A stretch of DNA of 64,000 nt from Raillietiella orientalis (taxonomy: Eukaryota): assembly GCA_036172245.1 (NCBI GenBank), contig JAYWIR010000028.1:2046001-2110000 (forward strand). The letters are read 5' to 3'. The notes beneath the pieces were generated by a model that was given only the letters and a program-made list of their open reading frames with translations, had not been told where the DNA came from and did no database searches. The position numbers were made by a program, and so were the translations under genes. Numbering within the stretch: position 1 is the first letter of the stretch; every line of letters starts with the position of its first letter. This document shows, piece by piece, positions 1-10,606 of this stretch.

Positions 1-2213
1 ATTTTTCAAAGACCAACAGCATTGAAGAATTGTAGAATAGTTTCAAAACTTCAGTGCCGGTTCTGCTGCATGTCTTGAGGAATAATTTCTAAGCACACTA
101 TTAGACTTAAGTCGAGTAAAGTAATTTGAATAATGCCTATATTTCTACTTTTCATTTTGTTCAATTATTAGAATAGAACTAGGAGACATTTTTTGGCAAC
201 GAACATCTGCATTTAGAAATGTCCTGCCGACCACAATTTTGAACCCAAAGAATGCTAGCTTCTTAAAATAAAAACTGTAATAGCGGATTCCTCTACTGAC
301 CTTTTCCATAACATAGGTCATAATTGCCTCTTTATGTATATGAATGCCTCCTATTTCACTAGTCCCACTGTTAGGTGTTATTTTACTCCATGTGTTAGTC
401 TTGTGGAGGGGGTTGATGGGAAAATGAATGAGATAGAAAAATAAGTTCATTTTGCCAAACAATATCGATATTCAGAAAACATAGGAGAAAAAACAGAGGG
501 GAGGGAAAGAGATTGGAACTAGAAATAAAACCATGAGAATCAGTTAATCAGTTATTCCTCAATTGGATCAAATTGTCCAAAAATAAAGTACTCGGCTGAA
601 AAAAGTACTTTTAAAAAAGCACTCGAGAGCCGCACCAAAAAACTCTGAAGGCTGCCATTTTTCTATGGCTGCACTAGAATATAACAATTACAAAATAAGG
701 TTTCATGTTAAAAGTGAGAACTATAGTAAATGCACTGGAAGAAAAAAAAATCCTCTTCCCTTTCCTCCTCCAAAGGAGCGGATAATCTATTAAATCAAAT
801 AGAAAAAGTTGCATCGAAACTTACAATAAACTCACAAATTCATCATAAATAAAAGTATTTAAACTGCTTTTATAGCTGCAAAATAAGGTAAATGGACAAT
901 ATACCATGCGTAAACTACATTTACAAGCACATTGACCGGTTAGAAGCAATAAGGTATTTCTCACATCAGAACGCATCATCGGAACTTAGGATGTATTAAT
1001 TATGTATGGATTGTAAGTTTCCATATCGATTCCAATACTTTGAAATCTTTCACCTGTTACAGCTGAATTTTTATGAACGATAACGGCTCACAGGCTTTCT
1101 CGTGTAAAAGTGGTGATACTCTGAGAGCTTTTCAAGTTGAAAGCAAGGAATTTTTGCCCTTAATTCTATTTTTACTATAGGTAATGCTATAATATCGATT
1201 AAATAATGTGGTCATTGTGACATTAAAACAAATTGCATTTCTGTTTGCACGTGAAGTGGATCCGTTTGGAAAATTTGGCGAGTCGTTGTTATTTAGTCAA
1301 ACATTGAAGTATTCATTGGAAACAAATCCCAGACTACGAAGAGCCATGATGAGATCTTAACCATTGGGAAACAGTTGCCTGAAATAACCGTAGTTTATCG
1401 GGTTATTTTCAGCAGTAGAATTCTCTTTTGAAGGCAAATAGACCAAGCTATGTACGTTGTTTTCATGCCTTAATTGTTGAAGTCGCAAATTTTTCAAGGA
1501 AGAAATAAATCATTTGAAAGTTCAACATAGTAATAACTTATTTTGTAAACTTGGTAGTTGTTGGAACCAGAAGTATGTTATGGATTCTGAATGAGGCTGT
1601 AGGATAGTAATTTAAATATTGAAATATGTTAATCAGGTATAAATGTGCCTGTTTAGGGTCGAAAAGTATGTATTCTTTGATTCTCCGTGGTCTTTTACAA
1701 GTTTATTTACAATGAAGTAAAAATGTAATAAGATTTAAGGTTGGCAGGATGAAAATAATGGAATTATTAATAGCATTTTATCTTGAAATATCAGGGTTTG
1801 TCATTAAAAACTTGGGATCCTAAGCAGCACGTAAACAAGTGCATAGTTATCAAGAACTAAGACTGGACTCTACTAGGAACTTAATATTGCACATGGCAAG
1901 ATAATACTTAGATAAAAAATAATATAAAGGTTGTGTTGCATCACTATTCAGTTATCACCATGACCTGAAGAAAGCTATCTTTCGTCAGATATATTATAAA
2001 GTAAACTAAACACTTACTTTGATGATAAAAGTTAAATAATATTTTCAGGAAACAGCTTCATAGCAGGGATATTTACACATCCCTATTTACGTATGGTTTT
2101 TGTGAAATCTGTCTCCCAAGTATGTCAGTATGTTTAGGAGCAACTTTTCAAAATGGACTTGAACAAGCAGACATCTTAACAAAAGCATAACTGTTCTTAT
2201 CAAGAAGAATAAC

Positions 2214-5126
2214 ATGGAAAAAGACAGTTACATTGAAAAATTAGAGGAGTCCATCCAACAACGTCATCAAAGGATCACATCTATAGTTCATTCTTTAAAG
2301 AATCCGACTATAGTTCCAGCTAGGAAAAAAAATTCTTCCAGTGCCAATCAAACAAAAAAATTCACCTTAAACTGTAATAATTCCCAGATGGAAGAGAAAA
2401 AATCAGTGTGTCAAACAGTTTCTGGAAAACAACTTGCATCTTCCATGCCATCCAGATCAGCTGCTAGGAATCATCAGCAATCACAAAAGTCACAAGTGCC
2501 CACAGTTCAGTCCCAAAGAAAGCCTGCATATCCCAGATCTCATGCTGGAATTTGTGATAAATCTACACAAACCCAAGATGTGTCTATAACTGTGGACCAT
2601 CCAGTTAATGACCTTCCTGTTCCTTGTGATGATTCCAAGAATGAACCAAATCAAGAAGAATCCATTACATCCGTAACCAAATTTGCTGATCCTCGTGGTA
2701 CATCCCCAACATTACTTCAATCAGAGAAGGTGAGGTCCATGTAAAATGTGGTCAATGTTTCCTTAGTCTTTATTACCTGTTGATTCATCTCAACAAATAG
2801 CAGTTTCACTTAAAAATAAAAACTCAAGTATTCCTGCAACTTACAGAAGAGGGGAATTACCAAAGTAAGTGAATACTTAATGTTGACTATTTCACAAATC
2901 TTTGTATAGCATGAAAATTAATGATTTAACAATTCATAATGCAGATTCTTTAGATTCTAAGAATTCTTTAGCAGTTATTTTCTTACTCTTCTCTTTTCTA
3001 TAGAGTGGTGATGCAAGTTAAAGATCGGAATTTAAATCCTTGTGAGTGGTTGTAGACTTTGATTGTTAATTGCATAAACAAGGTTTAAATTCAAGTACAT
3101 GCAGCAGGAAGCTTTGTCAATTCAAAGAAGTAATGAAATAGTGCAAAATATGTTTCGAATACTAAAAATATTTTTTTAGAATATTCTTACAAACTATATT
3201 TTGAATGCATGAGCAAAATCATCAGCAAAATTTTTTGTGATGGAGAATTTCAGTATTTTTTGAGAGTTTCGTAAACGTATATTATATGCTCAAAAAATTG
3301 AAAAATCTGTTCAAAAATGCATTGGGTTAAGAGTAAGAGTATGAAAACTGCTTTTCTTAAAGCTGTATTTTTTTAATTCAGTCGTGCTAGGATTCCTCTC
3401 TCATTTAATCAAGGTTTAAATGCTTTTCCGAGAGTCTTATGAAAAGTAATTCTGCTTCTTGTATCATTAAAATTGGTGCTCATGACATAATTTTTTTAGA
3501 ATCTGCAGACCAATATACAGGAAGAAGTAACTGATGTTGGGATAAAATTCTGAATTATAAAGTCTGTGTATTAATTGATAATTTAAGAAAAATATTTTAA
3601 GATGGTCATTTAGCTTTGGTTATGGCAACTTCTTTGGTTTACTGTAGTATAGGCGAAAAAAGCATTTCTAGTGATTTGTGTCAAATTTATTTCAAAAAGT
3701 TTCTTTTTGGAATCAAGCATAATAGCAGTAAAGTTGACTATTGCAACTATCACATTCACTGGATTTTAATTTATTGTATATTCAATATATAACTTTCATG
3801 TGATTTTTGCTGATACAGGATCTGAAAATAAAGCAAGTATTTAATTCTTGAATCCTGCATCATTGGTTTTCCATGATCTTATGATTTTCGAATTGCCTGC
3901 ATTTTACCAAATCAGAAGTAAGAACTGCACTCTGTTCTATATTTGTATTCTGCAATTGATTAAGGCAGTCATTTTGAAGAGTTGCAATGGTTATAGTTTA
4001 GATAGCAGAAAAATACCATTGGCATGTATTAGGACATCCATGCATCTTTCATTTGTGGGATGTCAAGTATAATGAAAATTAAACAAAAAAAAACATCATT
4101 AACAACATAATCTTGATGGACATTCTCATACAGGTGAATGAGATTCTTTGGAAATAAGAAAAAATGCAAATCAAAGGAAAAGGGAGCAAACAAAGGTTCT
4201 CATTATTGGTAAATGAGAGTGTCATTTGTTGCAGTTAGTTTTAAAACTGAGATAACCTGTATGTTTTTTTTTATTTGTCTCAGATGCGTTGGTTAGATTT
4301 TTTTGTTAGCATACTTTGAGTAATTTGTAACCAACTACAATAGCCAAAATAATTCCATTTGTGATATTTGACATTTTGAGGAAAACATAAGCACACTTTG
4401 TATTACAGGCACATGGGATTAAAAGATTATATCATATTCATTAAGTAATGTGTTAAAGTACGTATCACGTGACCTGCAATTTGCACATCACATCATTTGC
4501 TACAGTTGGCTGTGTTTAAAATTATGAATTATGAATGTGAATCATTAATTAACAACAAAGTGGGAAAACGTCTTCATTTGCATGTTATTTCAAGAGAGCA
4601 TTTTAATAATGCAGATGTGATTCAAATGTTTTTTGGCTTTCTGACAAATTTTACATGCAGACTTAATGACAACAATTTGGTATTTTGGAAGATGTGTATT
4701 ATTCTGAAAACCAAAACTCTCAAAAAGGAACTTCTTACTCTCTGTTTTCAACATTTATTGTTTCTTTAAGGTATCTCAAGGTAAGACATGAAGAACAGAG
4801 GCGAGCTGAACAAAAAGCTCAGGAGCAGATGAGTTCTTGGGCCCCACAGGGTCATGTATTGCTCCCAGAACAGGAACGTAAAGACACATTGGATCTTCTC
4901 AATCAGAGTGAGCATAATTCATTCCTACACTCAAAGGAACATCAGTTTTTAATTTGCAGAATATGAACAGTTGCTTCAGGAATTCCGTTGTTTGCCTGTC
5001 AGCAGTGATACCTTGAGATTGAAACGAATCAAATGCAATATGGAGTTGGAATTGAGCAAATTGGAAGAAGGCATACGCATATTCTCCAAACCAAAGGTTT
5101 TCGTGAAAACTGAGGAAACATCTTGA
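2214..5126 (+). CDS. ENKD1: Enkurin domain-containing protein 1-like; 4 coding exons 2214-2729, 2767-2864, 4771-4907, 4960-5126 (about 305 aa)
   Basis: GT..AG introns of 37, 1906 and 52 nt keep the frame. The spliced C-terminus reads YRRGELPKYL...PQGHVLLPEQERKDTLDLL...LPVSSDTLRLKR...LSKLEEGIRIFSKPKVFVK, the enkurin-domain pattern of ENKD1. The N-terminal exon is low-complexity (S/Q/T-rich). The start codon is less certain; a probable 5'UTR intron lies at 2091-2137. Confidence 0.88.
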
Positions 5127-7419
5127 AAATGTTGGTTCCACTTTCCACATGCAAGAATTCATGTTTCTTTCTGTATCAGAGCAAATATAGTTGGCATCCA
5201 ATAAGGGAACTTCTCAAGCCACGTATAGAGCAAATGCATATTAGCAACTTCTCATACCTTTATTTGCAATTGATTCCTCTGTTCTTTCTGAAGTGCACAA
5301 CTATCTCATCATAATTTTTCAAGATGAAAAATTGAAAAATTTCAAGATGAAATTTTTCAATACTTGCAAATTTGCAAAATTTTTCTTCCAAAATCACATC
5401 TCCAAGGTATTTGGATTTTACAAGGTTCTCCTTGTTTATTTATCAGTGTATATAGTTTGTCACCATTAAATCCAATTATGCAGTACGAGATGACTATAAT
5501 TCATGTTTTTCCTTTTAGTGTTTCCAATTTGTTTATGTTAGTTTGCATAGTGCTACTGTTGGAGTGTGATCCTTAACATAGAAGACAGGTTTAGCGGATT
5601 GAAAATAAATACTTGCCCTTTTGCCAAATTGTAATGCACAATTGTGTTAAAATCTCTGTTCTATGCAGATTAGTGTGAATCCATCATAGATAAGAATAAA
5701 GAATTTTCCAATGAAAACTGCGACCTGGTCTCACTGTTTATTGCCCTAGAAATTTTTTTTTATTACTAAGTACGTTTTTCAGAATCCCGGTTCTAACTTT
5801 TAGGATGGCTGTATCATTCCAAATTGTGATCTGTTACTATCGTTAGCACTTGTATGTGCATGTATACAGCGAAAGCTGTATGCATTCGATTGAATTCGAA
5901 AGTAATGGTGGTTAAATTTGAAATGTCAACTGTGCTCCAGCATCTTGCTCAAAAAAACCTTTTCGAGGATAAGTTATGCTCGTTGGAATTCTGCTATCAT
6001 AACGTTTTGGATAGCAGTTATTAGAAATAGTAGCCGCCAGAAGCATTCGCCTTTTTTTCATCCTTAGAAAAAAGGAAGAAACAGCATGGCTGGAAAGCAT
6101 TAAGAAGATCACAGCATGAACACGGAAATTAAATGCAATATGCCAAAGTATCCCTAATGGGACAATTGTACAGTAGACCCCGTACAATGCATATTTGTGC
6201 AACTTTAAAAGTTGCAACGCCTCGTACAAAACGGTGAACCCTGTCCGTGCAACGCTTTAGATAAACTGCAATTTTGTGGTATCGTGAATAAAATAACAAG
6301 ATTTCTCAACAACGGGGCTGATAGGGTTGAAACTATAGATTGTGTGCATTGAATAAAAATCAACAGAACTCCGAAAGCTTTTCTTAACTCTAAATGAAAC
6401 TCTGTTTTAAAGCGAAACAATAAATATTTTACTATAATAATGTTCAAAATACATTTTATGTTTTACAAATACTATCACATTATCCATGCCAGAGGGTCAG
6501 TGTGACAGGGAGGGGGGAGAGGACGCATCTCTTGCATTACACGGGGGGTCTACCGTACGTACATTTCTTACAAATACGTCGGAGTTCTTAAGACCCGTCT
6601 TTGAATGAACAACTTTTTCTTCAGCGGCTTCGTCCAGCGTACGAAAACCTCCAGATACTTTTGTCATTTGATTTTATTTACTCACTGTAATGACATTCCC
6701 ATCATGCGAATCGAGTCGGTAATCCAAAGATTTAAGAAGCAAATCCATTTTTGCCTATTCATAACGAATGCAACCTGAATAATTAAAGTATTAGATGCAC
6801 ACAAGCTCTCAGCTAGGTACTTGAGGTAAACAAAAGCAAATATTCTAAAGCTTAATCGGGTTTTGTGAAGATATGGTATCACTGCATTCATACTAATTAT
6901 TTTTGGTTAAGCCTCTTCTCTCGAATCTTTCGTGATTATTCACTCCTCATAATGGAGGAATTCACGCATCCTTCTTTGTGCTAATTTCAGAACTATTCCA
7001 GATTAACTCCGGCTTTAAATGGGAAATTTCCTCTTTTATCCCTAACACGCATTGTATTTTCTGTACACTGTATTTGTTGATGTTTTACAAAACACTATCA
7101 TGTGTCGTTGTATGGTATATTTCAGCTTCTATACATCATTTTAGTCCATTGACACTTTATTCCTGATTTATGCTTGAAAGTAATACTTGTACAAAAGAGC
7201 AGCACTTGAATAAGCAAGCAGAAGCGAAGGGTAAAAAAAAAATTTTTTTTTTTTTAAATGTAATCTTCATTAAGCAGCTTTAAACGAAAGGAAAAAGTAA
7301 ACAATCCTAGTGTTCTTGCGTTCCTATTATGAATATTATTTATTTTCATTATATTTTTATTTGTTCACCTTCATTCGGCACATTAAGAACCTTAGGTGCC
7401 ATTCGGCATTAAAAAATTG

Positions 7420-8197
7420 GAACAAGTACGCGTGGTCCAAGGTAAACAAACAAAATCTACGCCGCATCATAAGGGAACAAGATAAAGACATCATTGCCCT
7501 CCGAGAAGCTGCTCATCGCTAAGGGGCTGACACACTCAGCCTGTTGCCGATAGGGACGATGCTCTGGAGAAGTGACCTACCACCGGACACCCAGGACAAC
7601 CTCCTGGTACTCTATCATGGAAGAATCCTGAGCGGGTCCAGGATGAAATACTTCACAGGAGCAAGAGAAGACGAGGACTGCAAAACGTGTGGGGATGTGG
7701 ACACAAGACTGCATGTCTTGACCTGCCCCACAATACATCCAGACTGTCAGACTCTGAAAAGGGTCAGAGGGCTGCAGAACTATTCGCCGACGGAAGTCCT
7801 GGCCAAGATGTTTCCAGGAACCAGTAACGTCCCTTGTTACAATCCCATGGTTAGGACGACCGTTGCCCTGCTTATTACGGCCATCCTAGTCAGATGGTGG
7901 AAGATGATGACCGGTGGAACGGCCGTATCTCATATGGAAATCCCGAAGGGGATTATCCGAAAAGAGATCGGCATACGGAACTGTAGCGGAGTGCCAGCAT
8001 GGGCATGCCGATATATCCTGAAAAGGATTGGGGACAACGTCCAAACACTCCCCAGTGCAGAACCTTAGTGCAGTGACTCCTCGAAGTAAACTTCAATAAA
8101 AAAATAATAATGAACTTTGTTCGGAGTGGAATGAATGAGTTTGTGGAGTGAATGCAAAAAGAAATAAAATTACCCCACCCTAGTGGGATTGGGGAAG
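7420..8197 (+). mobile_element. 5'-truncated L1/Tx1-like non-LTR retrotransposon (ORF2 C-terminal zinc-binding region plus 3' end)
   Basis: Translates SDLPPDTQDNLLVLYHGRILSGSR...CKTCGDVDTRLHVLTCP...YNPMV...IRKEIGIRNC, homologous to 13270-13740. Flanked by a perfect 15-bp direct repeat GGCATTAAAAAATTG (7405-7419 and 8198-8212). Confidence 0.9.
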
Positions 8198-9074
8198 GGC
8201 ATTAAAAAATTGTGTCTGCTTTTTTCCCTTCTTGCCTCCGCATACGGAATCTCAACTGCTCTGCGACAGCGAGTTTATTTGTGAAAACGAAGAGAAGAAA
8301 ACGTACAAAGATCCAACACAAGCCTCCTACACTTGAAAACAAAACTGCCAAAAAAATAAAGCACTCGACCCAACGCAATCCAGATGGTATGTTATGTTTC
8401 ACATACTGGCTGGCTTAATGGCAGTCATAACTAATCATGCAATAAACTTATCTATGAAAATGTACATCGAGAACTGAACCCTTCATTTCATATATAAGTC
8501 CAATTATTAGATGTGTACTTTGTATTAGATGTTCTATAAAAAGCCAAATTGTGTTTTGTGAGTTGGTACAGATGTTATCTCACTGCACTTTTCCTATTTA
8601 CAAATTTTTAATTCAGTTGTCATTTCAATGGTTTTTAATATGTACTTTGCGATCAGCAAAACATAATTTGCATCCATCATGAATTCCTAATGCCTGCAAA
8701 AGATCAACAACTAAATTATGAAGTCTTTGGACTAAATCTACAAAGAAATTTTCACATAATCAAATGTCTTCGGAATATCAAAAATACATTTTCTTATTTA
8801 TTCATCACACGATTGTATAGGAAGTTCAAGCAATTGTCAGGTGATAAGTAATTTGATGGTCACTGTGCCAACATGCAACAAAAGGTGTACCATAGCAATG
8901 CCGATAATTAGTAATAGAACATTCTAGTATTAGTGTCTGAGTTGAAAAACAATATTTTTCCGAGCAACTGTATGGAAATTCTTATGCTGAATTCAGTATA
9001 TATTCTTGAAATTTCATCATTTTAATCTTGTCATAATCAATTATTTGCAAATGTATCCAGACAGCACGCTTACC

Positions 9075-9150
9075 ATACTTCGAGGCGATCTTGGTCACCA
9101 CTCGGAAGCATAATTTTTGGGCTGGGAGACTGCGTTCGCGCGGACTCCTG
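9075..9150 (+). ncRNA. U1-like snRNA 3' fragment (SL3, Sm site, SL4) at the 5' end of the retroelement; not a full gene
   Basis: CGA-GGCGAT-cttg-GTCACC-ac-TCG hairpin (9081-9104) with U1 SL3 architecture; Sm site AATTTTTGG (9112-9120); GGGAGACTGCG-TTCG-CGCGGACTCCT stem-loop (9124-9149) matching U1 SL4 (GACUGCGUUCGCGC); ends in CCTG like U1. SL1 and SL2 are absent. Confidence 0.75.
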
Positions 9151-9243
9151 CGAAAGTTTTTGAAAAAAGAGTGTTTTCGAGCGTGTGGAGCGTGAAGTGT
9201 TTTTCCACGGACGAACAGTGAACCTCCCCCGGCCACCCCGAGT

Positions 9244-10389
9244 GTGCAGGACATTCCCCGAATGGACTCGCCCCCCCAGGGGAAGATGGAGGCGATGGGA
9301 CGTCTCCACGACGAGGGAGGTAAAGGCGCCCGCGTCAGCGGAAACGGCGCGAGCACCCCGCGTGGCATCGGCGTGGCGGCAGCAGCGGCGGCCCCATCTC
9401 ATACGTCGAACGCAGGTTCGGCTAAATTAGGAAGTTCTCCCGGGGTGCCCCCGGCCAAAGGAACAATTCCGGCAGCACCGGAAGTATTCGTGCTTGACCA
9501 GGAGGATCTACCGCTTCTCACGGTGGGGCCGGAGGTCAAGCCTGTTGTTTTTAAAACAGGATCGCTGAGGATAGCAAACTCGAAGGACATCTCTACATCG
9601 CCCTTCACCAGAGGAACGTGGACTTCGACGTCGTCAAGGCGATCATCCCGAGCGCAACCGGCTTCACGATATACACCTCGTGCGAGCCGCTGATGGAAGC
9701 GCTGATCGAGCATGGTCTTTCCATCAACGGCAGGGTATTCCGCGGGATGGGGAAGTCTCCACGACGACAGTCTTCCTGAAAGAGATCGACTTTAACACCA
9801 CGAGGCGGACAGTCCAGTTTCTCTCCAATATGGAGAGGTAATCTATATGGAGCTCGGGCGCGCTGCTCGATGTTCCCATTGAACATCTGAAGTGGCCCCC
9901 GGTGCTTATGAACACTCCCACCCTCCCCTTAAAATGGCAGGAGTCGGCTCTCCTGTTGCAGCACTGGGGACTCCCCTGCAACGCCCGCCGACACTACTGG
10001 GTCTGGGGAGCGGTGAACCCAATTGTGTTAGGTGTGGGGAACGGGAGTCCCTCCTCCACCTCCTGGTGGATTGTGTTGCCCTTCGGCCCCTTTGGTTACG
10101 CTTTGCCGCGGCCATCCGAATCCCCTGCGGTAACCCTAGGGACGCTTTAAAAGCCCTCTTCGTTGCCGACGCCCTTCGGCCTGCGGCCTCGTTAGCAGCC
10201 CTGTGCTGCCTTCGCGGGATCGTCGCCGCTTGGAGCAAGGTTGCAGGAGGACCCCGCGATAAGGGTGCCATCCAGGGCGCCGCCCAATTCCTGAGGAGGG
10301 CGTCGCGATAGCCCCACCAGGATCCGCGAATACAGGAGGAGCTTGCCGACATCCTGCGAAGGATGCAACGGCCCCAGCAGCAACAGTGA
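9244..10389 (+). pseudogene. Disrupted ORF1-like protein: low-complexity N-terminus, RRM-like segment, fused zf-RVT-like C-terminal domain
   Basis: Across frameshifts it reads DFDVVKAIIPSATGFTIYTSCEPLMEALIEHGLSINGRVF..TTTVFLKEIDFN (Tx1/ZCCHC3-type RRM pattern), then LPLKWQESALLLQHWGLPCNARR..PNCVRCGERESLLHLLVDCVALRPLW (C-x2-C..H-x4-C). Internal stops are present. Confidence 0.6.
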
Positions 10390-10596
10390 TCCCTTCCCGT
10401 ACCCTCCCACTTTTTCTTTTCTTTTTGTTTAGTTTTTTTGTTTTTCCCCCTTTCCCCTGCTGCCGAGGTCGACCGCGCCGGTCTGCGCACCGGTAGCCCT
10501 GCAAGCTGATACTTTCTAGGGCGTGGCTGGACTACTGGTCCAGTCACAGTTTAGATAAGTTTATTTGAAAAAATAAACGTCCGGGCGCAATCGGGT
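10388..10596 (+). other. Conserved T-rich, multi-hairpin non-coding spacer (3'-end-like element) of the ORF1 module
   Basis: GATCCC(T/G)TCCC start, pyrimidine tract, CGGTCTGCG motif, hairpins GTGGCTGGAC/GTCCAGTCAC and GTTTATTT-GAAA-AAATAAAC (10559-10578), then a CCGG..TCGG hairpin. Recognisable in six other places in the window. Confidence 0.7.
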
Positions 10597-10606
10597 TTCA
10601 ATCTAG

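Noticed and set aside
1305..1392. RFX X-box upstream of the cilium/centrosome-associated ENKD1 gene
   Set aside because: Only half-sites. The best X-box-like word (GTTTCCAAGGCAAC, 22980-22993) is far from the gene.
6490..6570. Harbinger-type MITE end (G-runs plus CGTACGTAC)
   Set aside because: No matching opposite terminal inverted repeat or TSD found.
10460..10600. Hammerhead ribozyme or dicistrovirus IGR IRES in the spacer
   Set aside because: No CUGANGA core (reads CTGATAC) and I could not build the IGR pseudoknots; kept only as an unclassified structure.
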